Below are positions 1-12,600 of a DNA stretch of 52,721 nucleotides, in pieces. Within the stretch, counting starts at the first letter, position 1. Each line of letters starts with the position of its first letter. This stretch comes from Perkinsus chesapeaki ATCC PRA-425 (lineage: Eukaryota; Protista; Perkinsozoa), in the NCBI GenBank assembly GCA_013115145.1, contig JAAPAO010000205.1, forward strand, positions 1 through 52,721, written 5' to 3'. Position numbers and translations under genes: made by a program. Under the pieces are notes generated by a model. It made no database searches. It saw nothing but the letters and a program-made list of their open reading frames with translations, and had not been told where the DNA came from.

Positions 1-350
1 TTAGGGTGTTCTGGCATTGTGTGCTATTGACCCAATGGCAAATTGTGTCACTGTGTCTCCATTTCTCTCCACTACGATGTATAAATAATCACGCCTAAAA
101 GAGAATAGCAGCGGTAGAGTTGTTGTCCGTTGAGTTACTGTCGTTGCACCGTTGATCTAGCCCTTGAACACGAGGTTGTGTAGACCGTCACAAATTTATT
201 GCAGTGAATGCTAGTTCACAAAAGGCCGCTGAGCTTAACTGAGGCCAACTGAGGACGCAACATCTCCAATGTGCTGGGACTTCCGATTACCAACACCGCA
301 ACTTCTACGTCACGCTGTCCGCTTTGCGCATGCGTGCATGTACACGCTTT

Positions 351-440
351 CTGCTTTGCCAACACCTCCAGATGCCAAGCTCCCTGCTTCGCCAAGACCT
401 CAAGATACCCAGATTCCTGCTTTGCCAGAACCTCTTGACT
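351..440. repeat. Imperfect 33-bp tandem repeat (about 2.7 copies), possibly coding for Pro-rich PALPxPxD units at the 3' end of an upstream gene
   Basis: CTGCTT(T/C)GCC recurs at 351, 384 and 417; + frame reads ALPTPPDAKLPASPRPQDTQIPALPEP; no complete gene model could be built. Confidence 0.4.
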
Positions 441-1332
441 ATGTAGTGAGGCCTCGGCGCGAGAAAGGGTAGGGTCCTCCGAGGAAGAGCGCACGCATGC
501 GCGCGCACATTTGACCACAGACTGCGCCGCACAGTCCAACTCTGATGTGCACCAGTTAGGGTGGCCAGTTAAGGTACTTTTATTGATGGCGACTATTGAT
601 TGTCCGTCTGGTCAGGAGGTAGGCTCAGCTTAGTTCGGAAACGAGCTGGGCAATTATCCGAGCTGCTAATTATCTGTTTATGACGAAAGCACAGAGGTGA
701 CATGTCTACGATATTTGGGACAATACTAGTGACATTATACCATTATACCCGCCATGCTCAGATTGATACGACTCGTTACTAACGAGCCGTGTCCCATTGA
801 CACATGAAAGTTTGATTATCAAACAAATAATGTCTTATTAGTCTCCGTTCAGAAGAATTTCTCATCGACGGCGCGCCGCGGCGCATCGACATAGCAGAAG
901 ACCGATATCATTCTCTGTGAATAGTATATAAAATTATTTCACCTATCAGTGCACCACTCCCTAAAGGATATTCAACGGCCACTACATATCGCTTGTCATT
1001 CGACAACCCTTACTATGACGTCCACTTCGGGTGCAAGTGGCCTTGTGCAACTTGCACAGTGCAAGTCATGATTTTAGTGGCGAGCGAGAGTACTAACATC
1101 GCGGATATATTTCTCGCTCGCCCAAAAATGCTCTGACCGTTACACTTTCAATGAGGAGTATCTTCACTCGTTTGTATAGCCTGGTAGGTTTCTATGAGCT
1201 ACCTATATTATATTCGAGGGCGATCAACTGTTCGGTCGCTAATCTATACCGTTATCGATGCTTTGCGTGCTTGTTTGTTTGACAATTCAATCCGTTACTT
1301 GGTGTAGATTAATGCTGCCTTTTGAGTAAAGC

Positions 1333-4300
1333 ATGGTGACCTATGCAATACTACTTATAATCTCAGTCTTCATTACCAATAAAGTTGAAGCCGCCGGTAA
1401 GGTTCCAGTTGTGTATATCGGATTTACTTTTGCACTTCAGATCCTGGTTACAACCCATATTGTAATGGACGAGGCCGCATCAATGAAACTGCTCAGACGA
1501 AGGAGAAAACCGTACAGCAAGTGGTTGGCAATATGTGCACCTGCGATCGTGGCTGGAGCTCGATACTCTTCGAGAACTTCACCGTCAGGTTTGCAATCTT
1601 TACTTTTATTTTTGTCATTATGCTGTTAGTTACTGTGTGGTTTGGATTGAGAGTGTGTATGATGCTCAGTTCGACAGCATTTACAGTATGCATTCTTTCA
1701 TTCGAGTTTGTTGTCTATTTCCTTGTTTCAGACTGCGTACCTTTGTCGTCGATAGAGTTCGAGCCCTTCTTCAAGCAGGGAAGTTGGGTGTGAGTGTGCC
1801 ATTGTGAATCTTCGCGGATCACAGCCTATTTCAGTTGCCACGACAAGTATCCAAAGTACGACCTCCTTGCCCCCCACGGTCCGTTAATCTTATGTAAGTA
1901 GCTGCTGTGTTTTACGAATGACACATTCTCTGTCTCAGACGAATACTCCGCGCCGTCTTGGTGTTCAACGAGATGGTTACCGAGGAAGCAAACTTGCCAG
2001 TGCTCGAGGAGCGACACGAGGCCGTAAGTCGAATTGCGTTTTTGTTGATTCTCAGATTTTTGGTCAGGTTGCCCGATTTCTGCAAGAAGGATGCTCGCCG
2101 TGTTATCACCCCGATATTCGCGGAGAACCCACCGGTGGATGTATCTCTCCCGAAGGTTGTCTCGAGCTCCTCATCTGGTAAGCTCTCTGCGACACGTCAG
2201 TTTGCTGAGTGGTGATGCGTTTAGTGAGCTACAATCCGTATTGTAATGGTAGAGGGAGTATAAACGAAACTGCCAGATTGAAGGAGTCCAATGTGACGAA
2301 CTTTGTGACGAACATGTGCAACTGCAATTCTGGGTGGACCTCGTTGATGAACACCGATCTGACAGTGCAGTAAGGGTTCGATTGTAGCACTAGTTGACTG
2401 CCGTTTTGGAAGATACTGTTTGGTTTGGACTCAGCCTACTTATGAGGCGCAACTCGACAATATCTACGGTGAGTTATGCTAATTATTATTGATTGTCATT
2501 TTTATTGGTAGACTGTGTACCCCTTTCAACAGTGGAGCATAGAGGAACCTTCACTGATGGTTACTGGGTGTAAGCTTAAAGGTTCCGAATGGTGAGATCT
2601 GCTAGGTCTTGTCCTACGCAGGTGCTATGACAAGTACCCTAAGTACGAGTTTAACGAGCCTTATTCTCCCCAACCTAAATGTGAGCCTTGCATGTTGCTT
2701 CGGACCTATCAGATGTCATTCATTAGTCGAATTCCGGGCCCCGTCGTGGTGCCCAGAAACATGGCAATCAAGGACACAAAGTTGTTACTGTGATAGCAGT
2801 GCGGATAAAGCGTAAGTCTTGGCAGAGGCTCCTGTGAAGTGTGGCGCGCTTCAGGCCTCCAGCGGTTTGTAAAGCCAGTGGCGGAAAGACTGTATTCCCG
2901 TCTTTCAGGGTGAATGAAGTCCCGAAAACGAACGGTAGGATTGCCGCTGTGAGATCTTCTGTGATGTTCTGTCAGTGGTTACCTTCGAGCCATTCTGCAA
3001 CGGTCGAGGACTATTCAATGAGACGGCTCAGTCGGCCAGCAATGTGGATGAGATGGGCCTTAACTTGTGCACATGTGATTCCGGGTGGACCTCTATGGTC
3101 TTCAAGGACTACAGTGTGAGGTAAGATGTGTTCGGAGGCTTTTTTTGTCGATGATACTCATTTTAGCTATTGTACTGTGTGGATTGGTAAGACCTACGAT
3201 AGCAAGTTCGACGATACATACGGTAGGAAATTTGTCGTATTTTCCTGGTTTTACGACGCTGTTGTTTAGACTGTGTTCGGACATCCACGATGACGTATCA
3301 GAAAGTGTTCCCGGTTGGCGAATGGGCGTGAGTGTCGTCTTCTTCACCTTCGGCTTGAATGTTTGATGCTCGCTCAGATGCTATGACAAGGAGTCCAAGT
3401 ACAAATTAGCTGCGCCACATAGTCCTGAGGTTTTATGTGAGTTGATCAGAATCACAAGGCGAAGAAGGATGTGTTTTCACTGCAGTCCGGTTCCAGGCGC
3501 CGTCGTGGTGCCCGAATAGGTGGTGGGTGAGAAGTCAAAGCTGCTACTGTAAGGATGATACGGACAAGCCGTAAGTTGCACTTGTAGTCTTTCGGTCATG
3601 GTTGTGCTTTAGGCTCGATGCCATTTGTAAAACGAGCAAGCAGAGCATCATATATCCTATCTTCAACGTGCATCTGCCCCCAGCGCCGCCTCGAGAAGTG
3701 ACTACTACGGCGCTGCCCACTGGTGAGTTTCGGATGAGCTCTTGTGGTTCATTGTCGTATATTTTGTGTTGTACAGCTGTGGACTTTGCCTATTATTGTA
3801 ATGGAAACGGCGAGTGGAACGGTACGGCGCAGTATAAGGAAAGCGACGCATCGACACTTGTTTTGAATCTGTGCAAGTGTGACGCGGGGTGGAGTTCAAT
3901 ATTGTACTCCAATATGAGCGCGAGGTGAGCTGTGGTCAAGTTGGTCAAGGCAATTTAGTGGCAACTGAGTTTGGTGGAACTCAGTTTCTGCACGGTGTGG
4001 ACGAAGAAGACCTACGATGAGACGTTTGACAGCAAATACGGTAGACTAGCGGGAATTGGCGGATTGAAGTCAATTGTATCTTTCAGACTGTATACCACTT
4101 TCGTCTGTTGAACATGAAGAGTTCTTCCCCAAAGGAGAGTGGGTGTAAGTACACTACCCTCTGGCAGTTGTTGAGGTATCTGGTATTCGTTCTCAGCTGT
4201 CCGAGGAAATATCCAGAATACGGCTTGTTGCCGCCACACGGGCCGCCGACTTTATGTGAGTCGAGCTGCCGTCAACAATTCTATTCTGGTATTTTAGACC

Positions 4301-5705
4301 ACCTTCAAGCGCCGTCGTGGTGCTCGGATCGATGGAGTGCTCGTACGCAGGTGTGCCGGTGTAAAAGTTCGGGCAGCTCGTAAGTCACTTACGGTTTGGT
4401 GCCGCTCGGTTGAAGGCGTTCGATCAGGCAACCGGAAATCTGTGTCGAAACTGGGCAAGATCACATTTATCCTATATTCGCTAAGATGCCGCCACCACCC
4501 CCTCCGACGACAACAACAACAACTACGACTACTACCACGACAACTACGACGACGACTACAACTACGAGCACCACTACCACAAGGACGACTGAGCGTTCAC
4601 CAGCCGTGGTAGTACCTGTCGAGACTACACGAGGAAGTACATCTACAGTGGTAAGTAGTAGGGCGACAAGCACCACTCGTACCACCACCAGATCGATTAC
4701 CTCCACTACCATTAGTGCCCAGTTTGAGAGAAGTGCACCCGTAGTGAGTAGCACTACTCCCGCTGTTACGAATATCGATTTTATGAGTACCTCTCGAGCG
4801 ATGAGCACTGTTGTTACGACTGGAGTAACGGTGGTTACCACAACGACCGTTACGACTTCGACCAGCTCGTATAGGCCTGCAAGTTCTAGAAACTTCACGA
4901 CTAGCTCATTGACTGAGAGTGTCGTCGATGTTACGACGGTGAATACCACCGCGGTTGGCTCCACGTCCTTGGAGGTGGTCGAGGGCGATTCCGACGAGTC
5001 CCCGGTGCGTCAGGTGGCAACGACGAGTAGACCTTTGTCTGGTGGTAACGACTCCTTAGAGGACCGGGGCGACATTGAAGTGACGACGACTATCGAACCA
5101 GGTATGAGATCGGTCGGTTTTAGTCGATCCTTATTTCAGAACTTTTCGATTGTGGAGAGCACGGCACATGGTCGGCAGAAGATGAGCGGTGCGTATGTGA
5201 AGACGGCTGGGAGAATGCCACGGACGACGAGAATCAGGAGTGAGTTGAAGGACACGTTTGGCGCTTTCACTGTGGCGGTGTTTTAGGCCATGCAGCGGGC
5301 TGGGGTTTGCCAGTGATGAGGGAGATGTAGGGAAGGAAGAACTGTTGTGGTTTATTAGTGCTTTTCAGGGCGGAGAAGCGCGAGCTTCGGGATCGGACGA
5401 CGGTTCGAGCGGTGGTTCCTGGGTTATTGTTTGCCTCTTGGCGGTGTTCGTGTTCGTTGTTGGGATAATACTGATGTAAGGAAGGACATCGTCAGTTGGT
5501 CTGGGTACGGTCGATATTTGTCAGGTTCAAATTCTGCCGAAATCGATGCGTGAAAGGACGTAACGATAGACTGATGTGGTTGTGGGAAATAAAGAAAACT
5601 ATTAAAAAGAAGCTACCACGCACCCACCCTCCGAGGAGATTCTTCTCCAGGCGATCGGCAGTGTCCTCGCCGGAGCCCCAGGGTGACGCCAGTGTGCTTA
5701 GTTGA
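1333..5705 (+). CDS. Type I membrane mucin-like surface protein: signal peptide + 4 Cys-rich modules + Pro/Thr stalk + EGF-like domain + TM + basic cytoplasmic tail (about 1000 aa, about 29 exons)
   Basis: Phase-consistent GT-AG model. SP exon 1333-1396 (MVTYAILLIISVFITNKVEA). Module-start exons 1441-1588, 2225-2369, 2976-3120, 3777-3924 (CNGxG..N-x-T..CxCxxGW), each followed by five exons (YCxVW; DCVP; WxC..KY..PH; APSWC..W..CxC; linker Cys). Stalk exon 4428-5101; EGF-like exon 5140-5239 (CGEHGTW..CVCEDGW..EPC); TM exon 5287-5475 (WVIVCLLAVFVFVVGIILM); last exon 5525-5705 with TGA. Confidence 0.85.
4507..4581 (+). repeat. ACN-codon low-complexity tract encoding poly-Thr of the mucin stalk
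   Basis: acgacaacaacaacaactacgactactaccacg... translates to a long Thr run after PPPPPP. Confidence 0.9.
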
Positions 5706-6129
5706 CTTATTGTTATATAAATTAATAATAAATTGATTAAACTGTCTATAATTAACGTTAATTGAGCTACCATCATGTGGTAGACGCAGCTTTAGTGAAG
5801 TATGAAGTTTTCTCTTTATCACCGGCAATCCGGAGTGGCAATCTGAATGAGTATGTCTCATCTTGTGTTGAGTTTGTTACCTCTGCGAGACATGTTTATC
5901 GGTAGGGTTTCAGTGGTGTTTATTATCTTTGCCAGCGTATAGTTAATCCTGTAGAGATTTATATTTGTACGTATTACATAAAGTACTCTTAAAGTGCTGG
6001 TTTTTGTTTGCCCTTCAGCTTGTCGTTAATTAATATTGTTTAAGTACTTCCAGCTCATCTTTATCTAGAGTTATTGTTGCTGTCCATGATGTATGTTCTG
6101 GGAGAGGTATGATGTGAATGTACTTGTAA

Positions 6130-6335
6130 GTGATAATGTATTTATATATTATTTCATATGTAGATATTTAGATATAATTGATAGAGTAAATAATTAAATA
6201 ATTAAATAATTAAATAATTAAATTAATATATAATCATATAATATATTTATAATATAATTATATATAATATAATATATTAATATATAATTAGTGTATAATA
6301 TATTTAATATAGATATAATTAATAGAGTATTTAGT
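6130..6335. repeat. Very AT-rich low-complexity tract ((TAAATAAT)n and (ATATA)n-like) upstream of the dynein start codon
   Basis: Almost pure A/T, e.g. taaataattaaataattaaataattaaataatt. Confidence 0.8.
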
Positions 6336-6683
6336 ATTTTACCTATTGATCTATTCCTGAGTAATTATTAGTAATCTTATCGTGTAAATCAAAGTCGGAT
6401 CTTAAAGTTTATTTTATTTAAAGTAGCACTGCCCATATCATGTGCGATGTCACCTTCGTACAAAGCATGCAAAGTTAACGGTTATTAGTGTACCATAATT
6501 AGGGCGGCTTAAGCTTGTGACTCGTAGTCAAGCATTATCGTTGCTTGTCGTCTTTTGTAATCAAGCATTATAGTTTTGTATTTTACGACTCAATACGATA
6601 ACTCAGTGGATAGCATTAGAGTTTTAAGTCATTTCACGGTTACACTTGCTATACTTTGTAATAGTACTTTCAACTTGTTTGTT

Positions 6684-9600
6684 ATGACGGTGGCTCCTCC
6701 TAGTGTAAGTAATGATCCGAGGGCATTATGGTTGAGTAAGAAGGTTAAGGAAGTTGTTGGAGTTACCGATGCTGAATGGAAAAAAATGTGAGTTCATCCA
6801 CCCGACTTATGAGGCGATATTGTTGGTGTGAATTTGATCGCGGCTAAGCGTGTTGGACGTGAGAGAGTTCTAGAAAGCGTGTCTGATGTTTGCTCTGGGG
6901 TTTCTGAGATTTATTAAAGTCAACTAGTTAACCGTAATCGTCATTTGCCTCGTGATAGAAGGTAGGGTTCTAAGATAGGAGTGATTTAAGTGAGCTTCGA
7001 GCGACCCCTAAAAGCGAGAACGGAGAAGCTCGTCGATTTAGGTTATCACAGGATGGCTCTGAGGGTAAGATAATAGATTGGCTTGAGGATGTGGGCAAGC
7101 AAGGAGATCTGTTGGTGTTTTATGAGACACCGGACAAGGTCACTGGCGAGAGGGTGGGTGGGTGCTATCTAGGTCGTTCGTTGGGGAGGTTGTTGAAGTG
7201 CTTTTGTGATTTAATGGCATTTTTCCTAAATCAAAGAAGTCAAGAAATCGTATAGTGAAATTCTTTAAGTACTCGGGTGGTCGTCATTTTGTTAATACAG
7301 TACTATACTGTCGAGATTTTGACAGCTTTTAACTGTTTGACAGCTCTTCGACCGCACAGGAACTCTCTCTCGAAATTGGCTTTCGTTTGGTTGCAATATG
7401 CTTGATGAAACTCGTCAGAATTTTAACTAATTTAGTAGTTTGCTTACGTGGTAGGATTGAATATATTCCGTATTAGTTACTTCGTGTATCAGCTGGAGTC
7501 CATGGTGATGTTAGTAGAGAGCTGTCTTCCTGTTTACACGGTGGCATGTACTTCATCAAGACGCTACCGGGGAGGATAGATACGACGGGAAAAGAGGTAA
7601 GAGGGGTATTATTACATTTGGAGTAATTTATTGTTACCTGTGAAAATTTTCGGGTGAGTTGCTTTCATTAGACTCGGGGACGGCGCTTGTATTTGTATTA
7701 TTTGTAAACACTTTAAGAGGACAACTTTTGATAAGGTGAACTTGAACTCTCCGAGAGGGTTTTTTCTGACTGCTTGTGTGCGGAGTGTAGACTTTAAGAT
7801 TGACCTCATCTCCGGCGATATACTGAATTTAGTATTGCTCACCCACCCGTGTGGCGGAGACACCAAGCAGTCGTTTGTGGGATATGCGAGTTGTGGTTTC
7901 AGATTAGCACAGCCATGCTGGACGGATGCACCTTTGGGATGTTAAATGGAGACAGCCGAGCATTGTCTGATGTCCAAGGTGTTATGGAACATCTTTTGTT
8001 ACCAGCGATAGAATACAAGTAGGGAGAATGCGATATTTTGTACTTTACCAACTTGGTGAAATATAAATATATAAGGGCAGTTGGCAATGTTGAGTGTACC
8101 TGTTGATTGATATTATTCTGATAAATCTCAGTGTGATATGTCATGTAGATATGTCTATCTGGTGTGTTGGAAGCTATGTGTTATGTGACTCTCACGTGTC
8201 TGTAATTAAATTCAATTGATTAATTGAATTAATTAGTAATGCAATTAAATTAATTGTGTCGAAGAGAATGTAACAACGTTTAAATAACTGAATTTTCGTA
8301 ATAAAGTGTACACAATCTAGAAGTATGTTCTTTAGGGGGCATTTTTCAAAAGGTCACGTGCTGATCATTCACTGTCTGAACCCTTTGTAGGATAGTGTAA
8401 GTGATTCTCGTCGCGGAGTAATTTTTCAAAGCTCAAATTAAGTGAAATTGCGAAGTTGTGCAGCACAACTTCTTTGTGATGGTTATTCGGTATTAAGCAG
8501 ATTGTTATAAGACATTTTATCAAGCGTTATTATACAGATTATACGACAGTTGTATCTAAGATTATATCTTTCTTGGTAACGGTTATTTAGCTCGGCTCAT
8601 TTTACGACATTTTATCAAATCGGTTAGTATGTAGGAACGATTGTCGCTTATTAGGCCACCCCGCAGCGTAGCTCATGCTGGTCGGAACCGGTCATCATTG
8701 ACAGAATCATTACGGAGTTCAAGAAGGCTGTCTGTGCCGCAAGTTGGGACTGCGGAGATTTCGAGCGTGGGGAGTGCGACAGGTGAGCGGAAGGGGGAGA
8801 GCGGATGGATAATATTTCGGTAGCATATATTACGTAATATCGAAATATTACCTATACGATCATCGTGTCCTGGATGTCGCCGGGCATTAGCGCCCGCATC
8901 GAATGTTATGCGTAAATAACTGCACGGATTTCTGACACTTGAACTTTTCCATATGCTGACCATGATAAGCGATACCAATCATCGGCGTCACATATTAGTG
9001 TGAAGAACAACAGGGGGTGATGTTCCGCGCTTTTAGCTGTGAAATATGAATTTCGCATATTGCGGGTAAAACTCTATAAATGGCTTCCGCATGCACATGA
9101 GTAAGAAGCGCAATCGTTGTGTACACTGAGGGTTATAAATATATAATGTATATCGTAGCATTAGCTGTAGTGATGCATGGATGGTATATCGTAGCGTTAG
9201 CTGTAGTGATGCATGAATGGTATATCGTAGCATTAGCTGTAGTGATGCATGAATGGTATATCGTAGCATTAGCTGTAGTGATGCATGAATGGTATTCATA
9301 TAGGGAATGAGGACGGGGGTTTATACTTGCCGCTTTACAACGGTAGAATGTTGGTTGAAACTTTTGAGGACGTTTAAGGGGCGTTGGGGATGTTGTTCGG
9401 GCATGGTAATTCGAGATATGGTAGCTGATGTGATTTAGTTGGAGATTAGGGATCTACTTTGTCACGATTATTACGTACGGCGTTCTGGGATGATATGGGC
9501 TGCTGCTTATTGTTGAACTCAGATGGTGATGATGGCGAGAGTTTGACTGAGATGTCGGAGGCTTCCGAGAAATCGGTAGAGTCGGAGGCCAACGCGGATG

Positions 9601-12600
9601 AAGAGGATGAGAACGGACGGCTGGTGCAGTTGGGGGGAGAGGTTAAGGAGGATGTTATGATGAATGCTAACAAGTTTAATCAACACTTGGGACAAGTGAC
9701 TAATCAGGTGAGATGGGTAGGAAGACACCTGCCGACGGGAGGGTTCGCAAATAGAAGCTGCCACCCACGACCCATGACTGGTCATACACCAGTCATAAAG
9801 GATGCGACTCATGATATTCTCTCTATTTGCAGCGTGTAACTGCAAATAGAATGACAGACTATCATTGATAGCGAGTTTCGCGCGAACCAAAAATTAATAA
9901 GTTTTATGCCGCTATGTTCAGCACTTGTGTACTAACCCTTCCCCCATAACTTATTCGGAACGTACTTTATAAAATACGACTTGCTTGTAAAGGGTGTATT
10001 CTTTCAGCGGTTTTGTATTCACCATATTTTCCTTATTTGGTTTTTAATAAAAAGGAAATAAGACCTAATGATAACAACTCGGTCTATCTATATAGTACGA
10101 GGCTTATTCAAATAATAGATTCGTAACAGTTTACATCACGTTTCGTGGTTCGTCGAGTTGCCGTTTTCGTTGTTGTTAATGGTGCCTTTACAGGTTTATG
10201 GATCATCTATTATTAATATCCCAGAAGGGATTGACTTTATTGGATTAATGAATAAGTTGGATGATGATGTATCACCTGATAAGGTGATTGAATATGAGAA
10301 GGAAATTAAAGGCTGTATAGATGTGATAGAAGGATGGGTAAGAGGAGAAGAGGGATGGTATGTTTTTATTCGGGTTCTGGGTTTCGGGTTTTGGGTTTTC
10401 GGGTTTTCACCCCTATGTACGATAATATATAATCAATTAAAGTAGTATAAAATATGTAATAGCAATATTATCGTCACGTCTTAGATTATGTACTAATATA
10501 TTGAAGAGTTTCATTGCTCCATAAATAAGGAGTAATGAATGCGCAATGCGAGTTACACGAATCTTCGTATGACCTAAAAAGTGATTCATTATATCGTGGA
10601 ATGATCCGCATACTATCGAAATGCATCGTACTTGCGGCTGCTGCTGGAGCAGCTCTGCGTAACGCTTACTCTGACAGGGCTCGAGAATATCGGATCTCTT
10701 GGAATCGGAATCAGCGATTAGCGGGTCGGCAGACCAGCACCCGATGGCTGAGATACTTTTTTGGCGAGACAGAAGCGGCCGTTTGTCGAGTTTATTTGAG
10801 CAGTTTCAGCTAGGTTCGTGTCAGCAGGTAGAAAGAGATAAATAAGTGGCGCGTGAGATTATACGTAGTAGGTTATCGGAGTAGTTGAGAAGTATGTCGA
10901 GTGTTGTGGTGGGTTGTCTGAGTCGGAGGAGAGAGTTGGAAGGGTTTTGGGGATATTTAAGGAAAAAAGGACGGTATTACACAAACTGCTGTTGGAGGCA
11001 AAAGATAATGTAATATAGGGTGGTAGTGTTAATGTTAGCTTCATATGAGCAGCTCCTACTTGATATTGAATAGTCGCTATATCTATTATGATTATTCACT
11101 TATTACGTTCTCCTGGTATAGTAGTTATTCTGTATGTATTAATGTAAAGAAATAAGTTATCGGCTTAATATAAGGATTATATAGCAAAAGATATAATGTG
11201 ACGTGGAAGCATAGTTGTATTTACGTTAGTATAGCATTTCCGTAACGATAACTGTCACAGATAACTGGCAACATGCTGTCGAACAGCGGCTTGATTAATT
11301 AGGTTAAGTTTCTAATGACGTTGGAGAGGCACTTAAAGAAGCTCACTAACGGGGGTATGTCTGAGATTACGGAGACATTGCCTAACTTGCTGAACGCATT
11401 GAGGATGGTGTGGATAGTTAGCAGGTAGTAGAAGGTGGAGGATGTTATGGATTGGTCGTAGTGCCGAAGTGTGGAGGGTCGCATGTAGGCAATTAGTATG
11501 AGGATCAGTAGTTTACATCACGGTTTAACCGTGAGGACGACTGGCCACCTCGAGGCAGGACACTTGGAATATTTGTGATGGATAAGATCTCCGATTGGGC
11601 AAGCGTTAACGTGAAGCCTGAAGCGATGTGCCTTCATTAAGGTATCCTCTGTTTTTGGGAAGGTGCTGGATTGTATGCTTCCTTCACATCCCTCAACGGG
11701 TGTATTAGCTGCTTGGTTAATGCACCGAATCGGGTGCGGCGTGAATGTTAGTCGAGCCAGGCGGCGGGGCAGCTGGTGGTCTCTTTTAGGTATTATAATA
11801 CTGATGAAAGGATGGAGCCGCTGTTGACGAAGATTGGAGAACAACTGGCAAATAGAGTTGACAAGCAGATAAGTGTGAGAGCATTGTTGAGGAGGAGCCC
11901 GGTGAGGGCGGGAGCGATCGTGAAGGAATGCAAGATTGCTTTGGACGAGTGGGAGAGGAATTATATGCTAACGAGAGCGAGGATCGAGGAGAGCGGATCG
12001 GACCATAGGTGGGATGGCGGATGTATTAATGATGCGGTGCATGAAACGGTTGATCGATTTGAGTGTCGAAGCAGTGCCGGTATAGAAATGTTTCACGTAT
12101 GCTATTTTCTGTAGTCCGATTGAGAGGAGCGTATTTTGGTTGTGTGTGGGTGTTGCTAAGGTTAGAGTGGGGTAGCAATGGTAGAGTCATGGGCCAGTGA
12201 TAGGACTCTGAAGGGTGTAGGAAAAATGAATGATTAGTACATCCGTTAAGCGGGCCTGCATCTGATGTCATCCAGCAAATTCCGGGTAGAGTAGCAGCAG
12301 CAGAAGTCGGTATCATTGAGCTGAGAGCTTGTGAACCTTCTTCCGAGTGGGGTTCACGTCTGACTGTAGGTGGGAGTTTGATCGTATTAAGTTATTCAAG
12401 AGAACAAAGTACATGGCAAAAGTGTGTGGTGATTTGATGGAGATTATGAAGGTATTGGAGCAGTTCTATAAGTTTTTGGGTCCAGAGTTGAAGGAGGTAA
12501 GGGCAGGACTGAAGTTAGCATCGGCTGTGTGGTCTAGTGGTATGATTCTCGCTTAGGGTGCGAGAGGTCCCGAGTTCAATTCTCGGCACAGCCCATGCAT

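Noticed and set aside
326-510. GCGCATGCG-like motifs (326, ~495; also ~45576) as a promoter element
   Set aside because: One copy lies in coding sequence, and there are too few instances to separate from chance
4467-4964. Val-rich minus-strand ORF (also 25310-25669 + and 47745-48101 +)
   Set aside because: Antisense shadows of poly-Thr (ACN) tracts; the Thr frame fits signal-peptide/TM gene models
11575-11621. Possible box C/D snoRNA (GTGATGG...CTGA) in a dynein intron
   Set aside because: Imperfect C box, too short, no terminal stem and no recognisable rRNA guide; a snoscan/Infernal search would be needed
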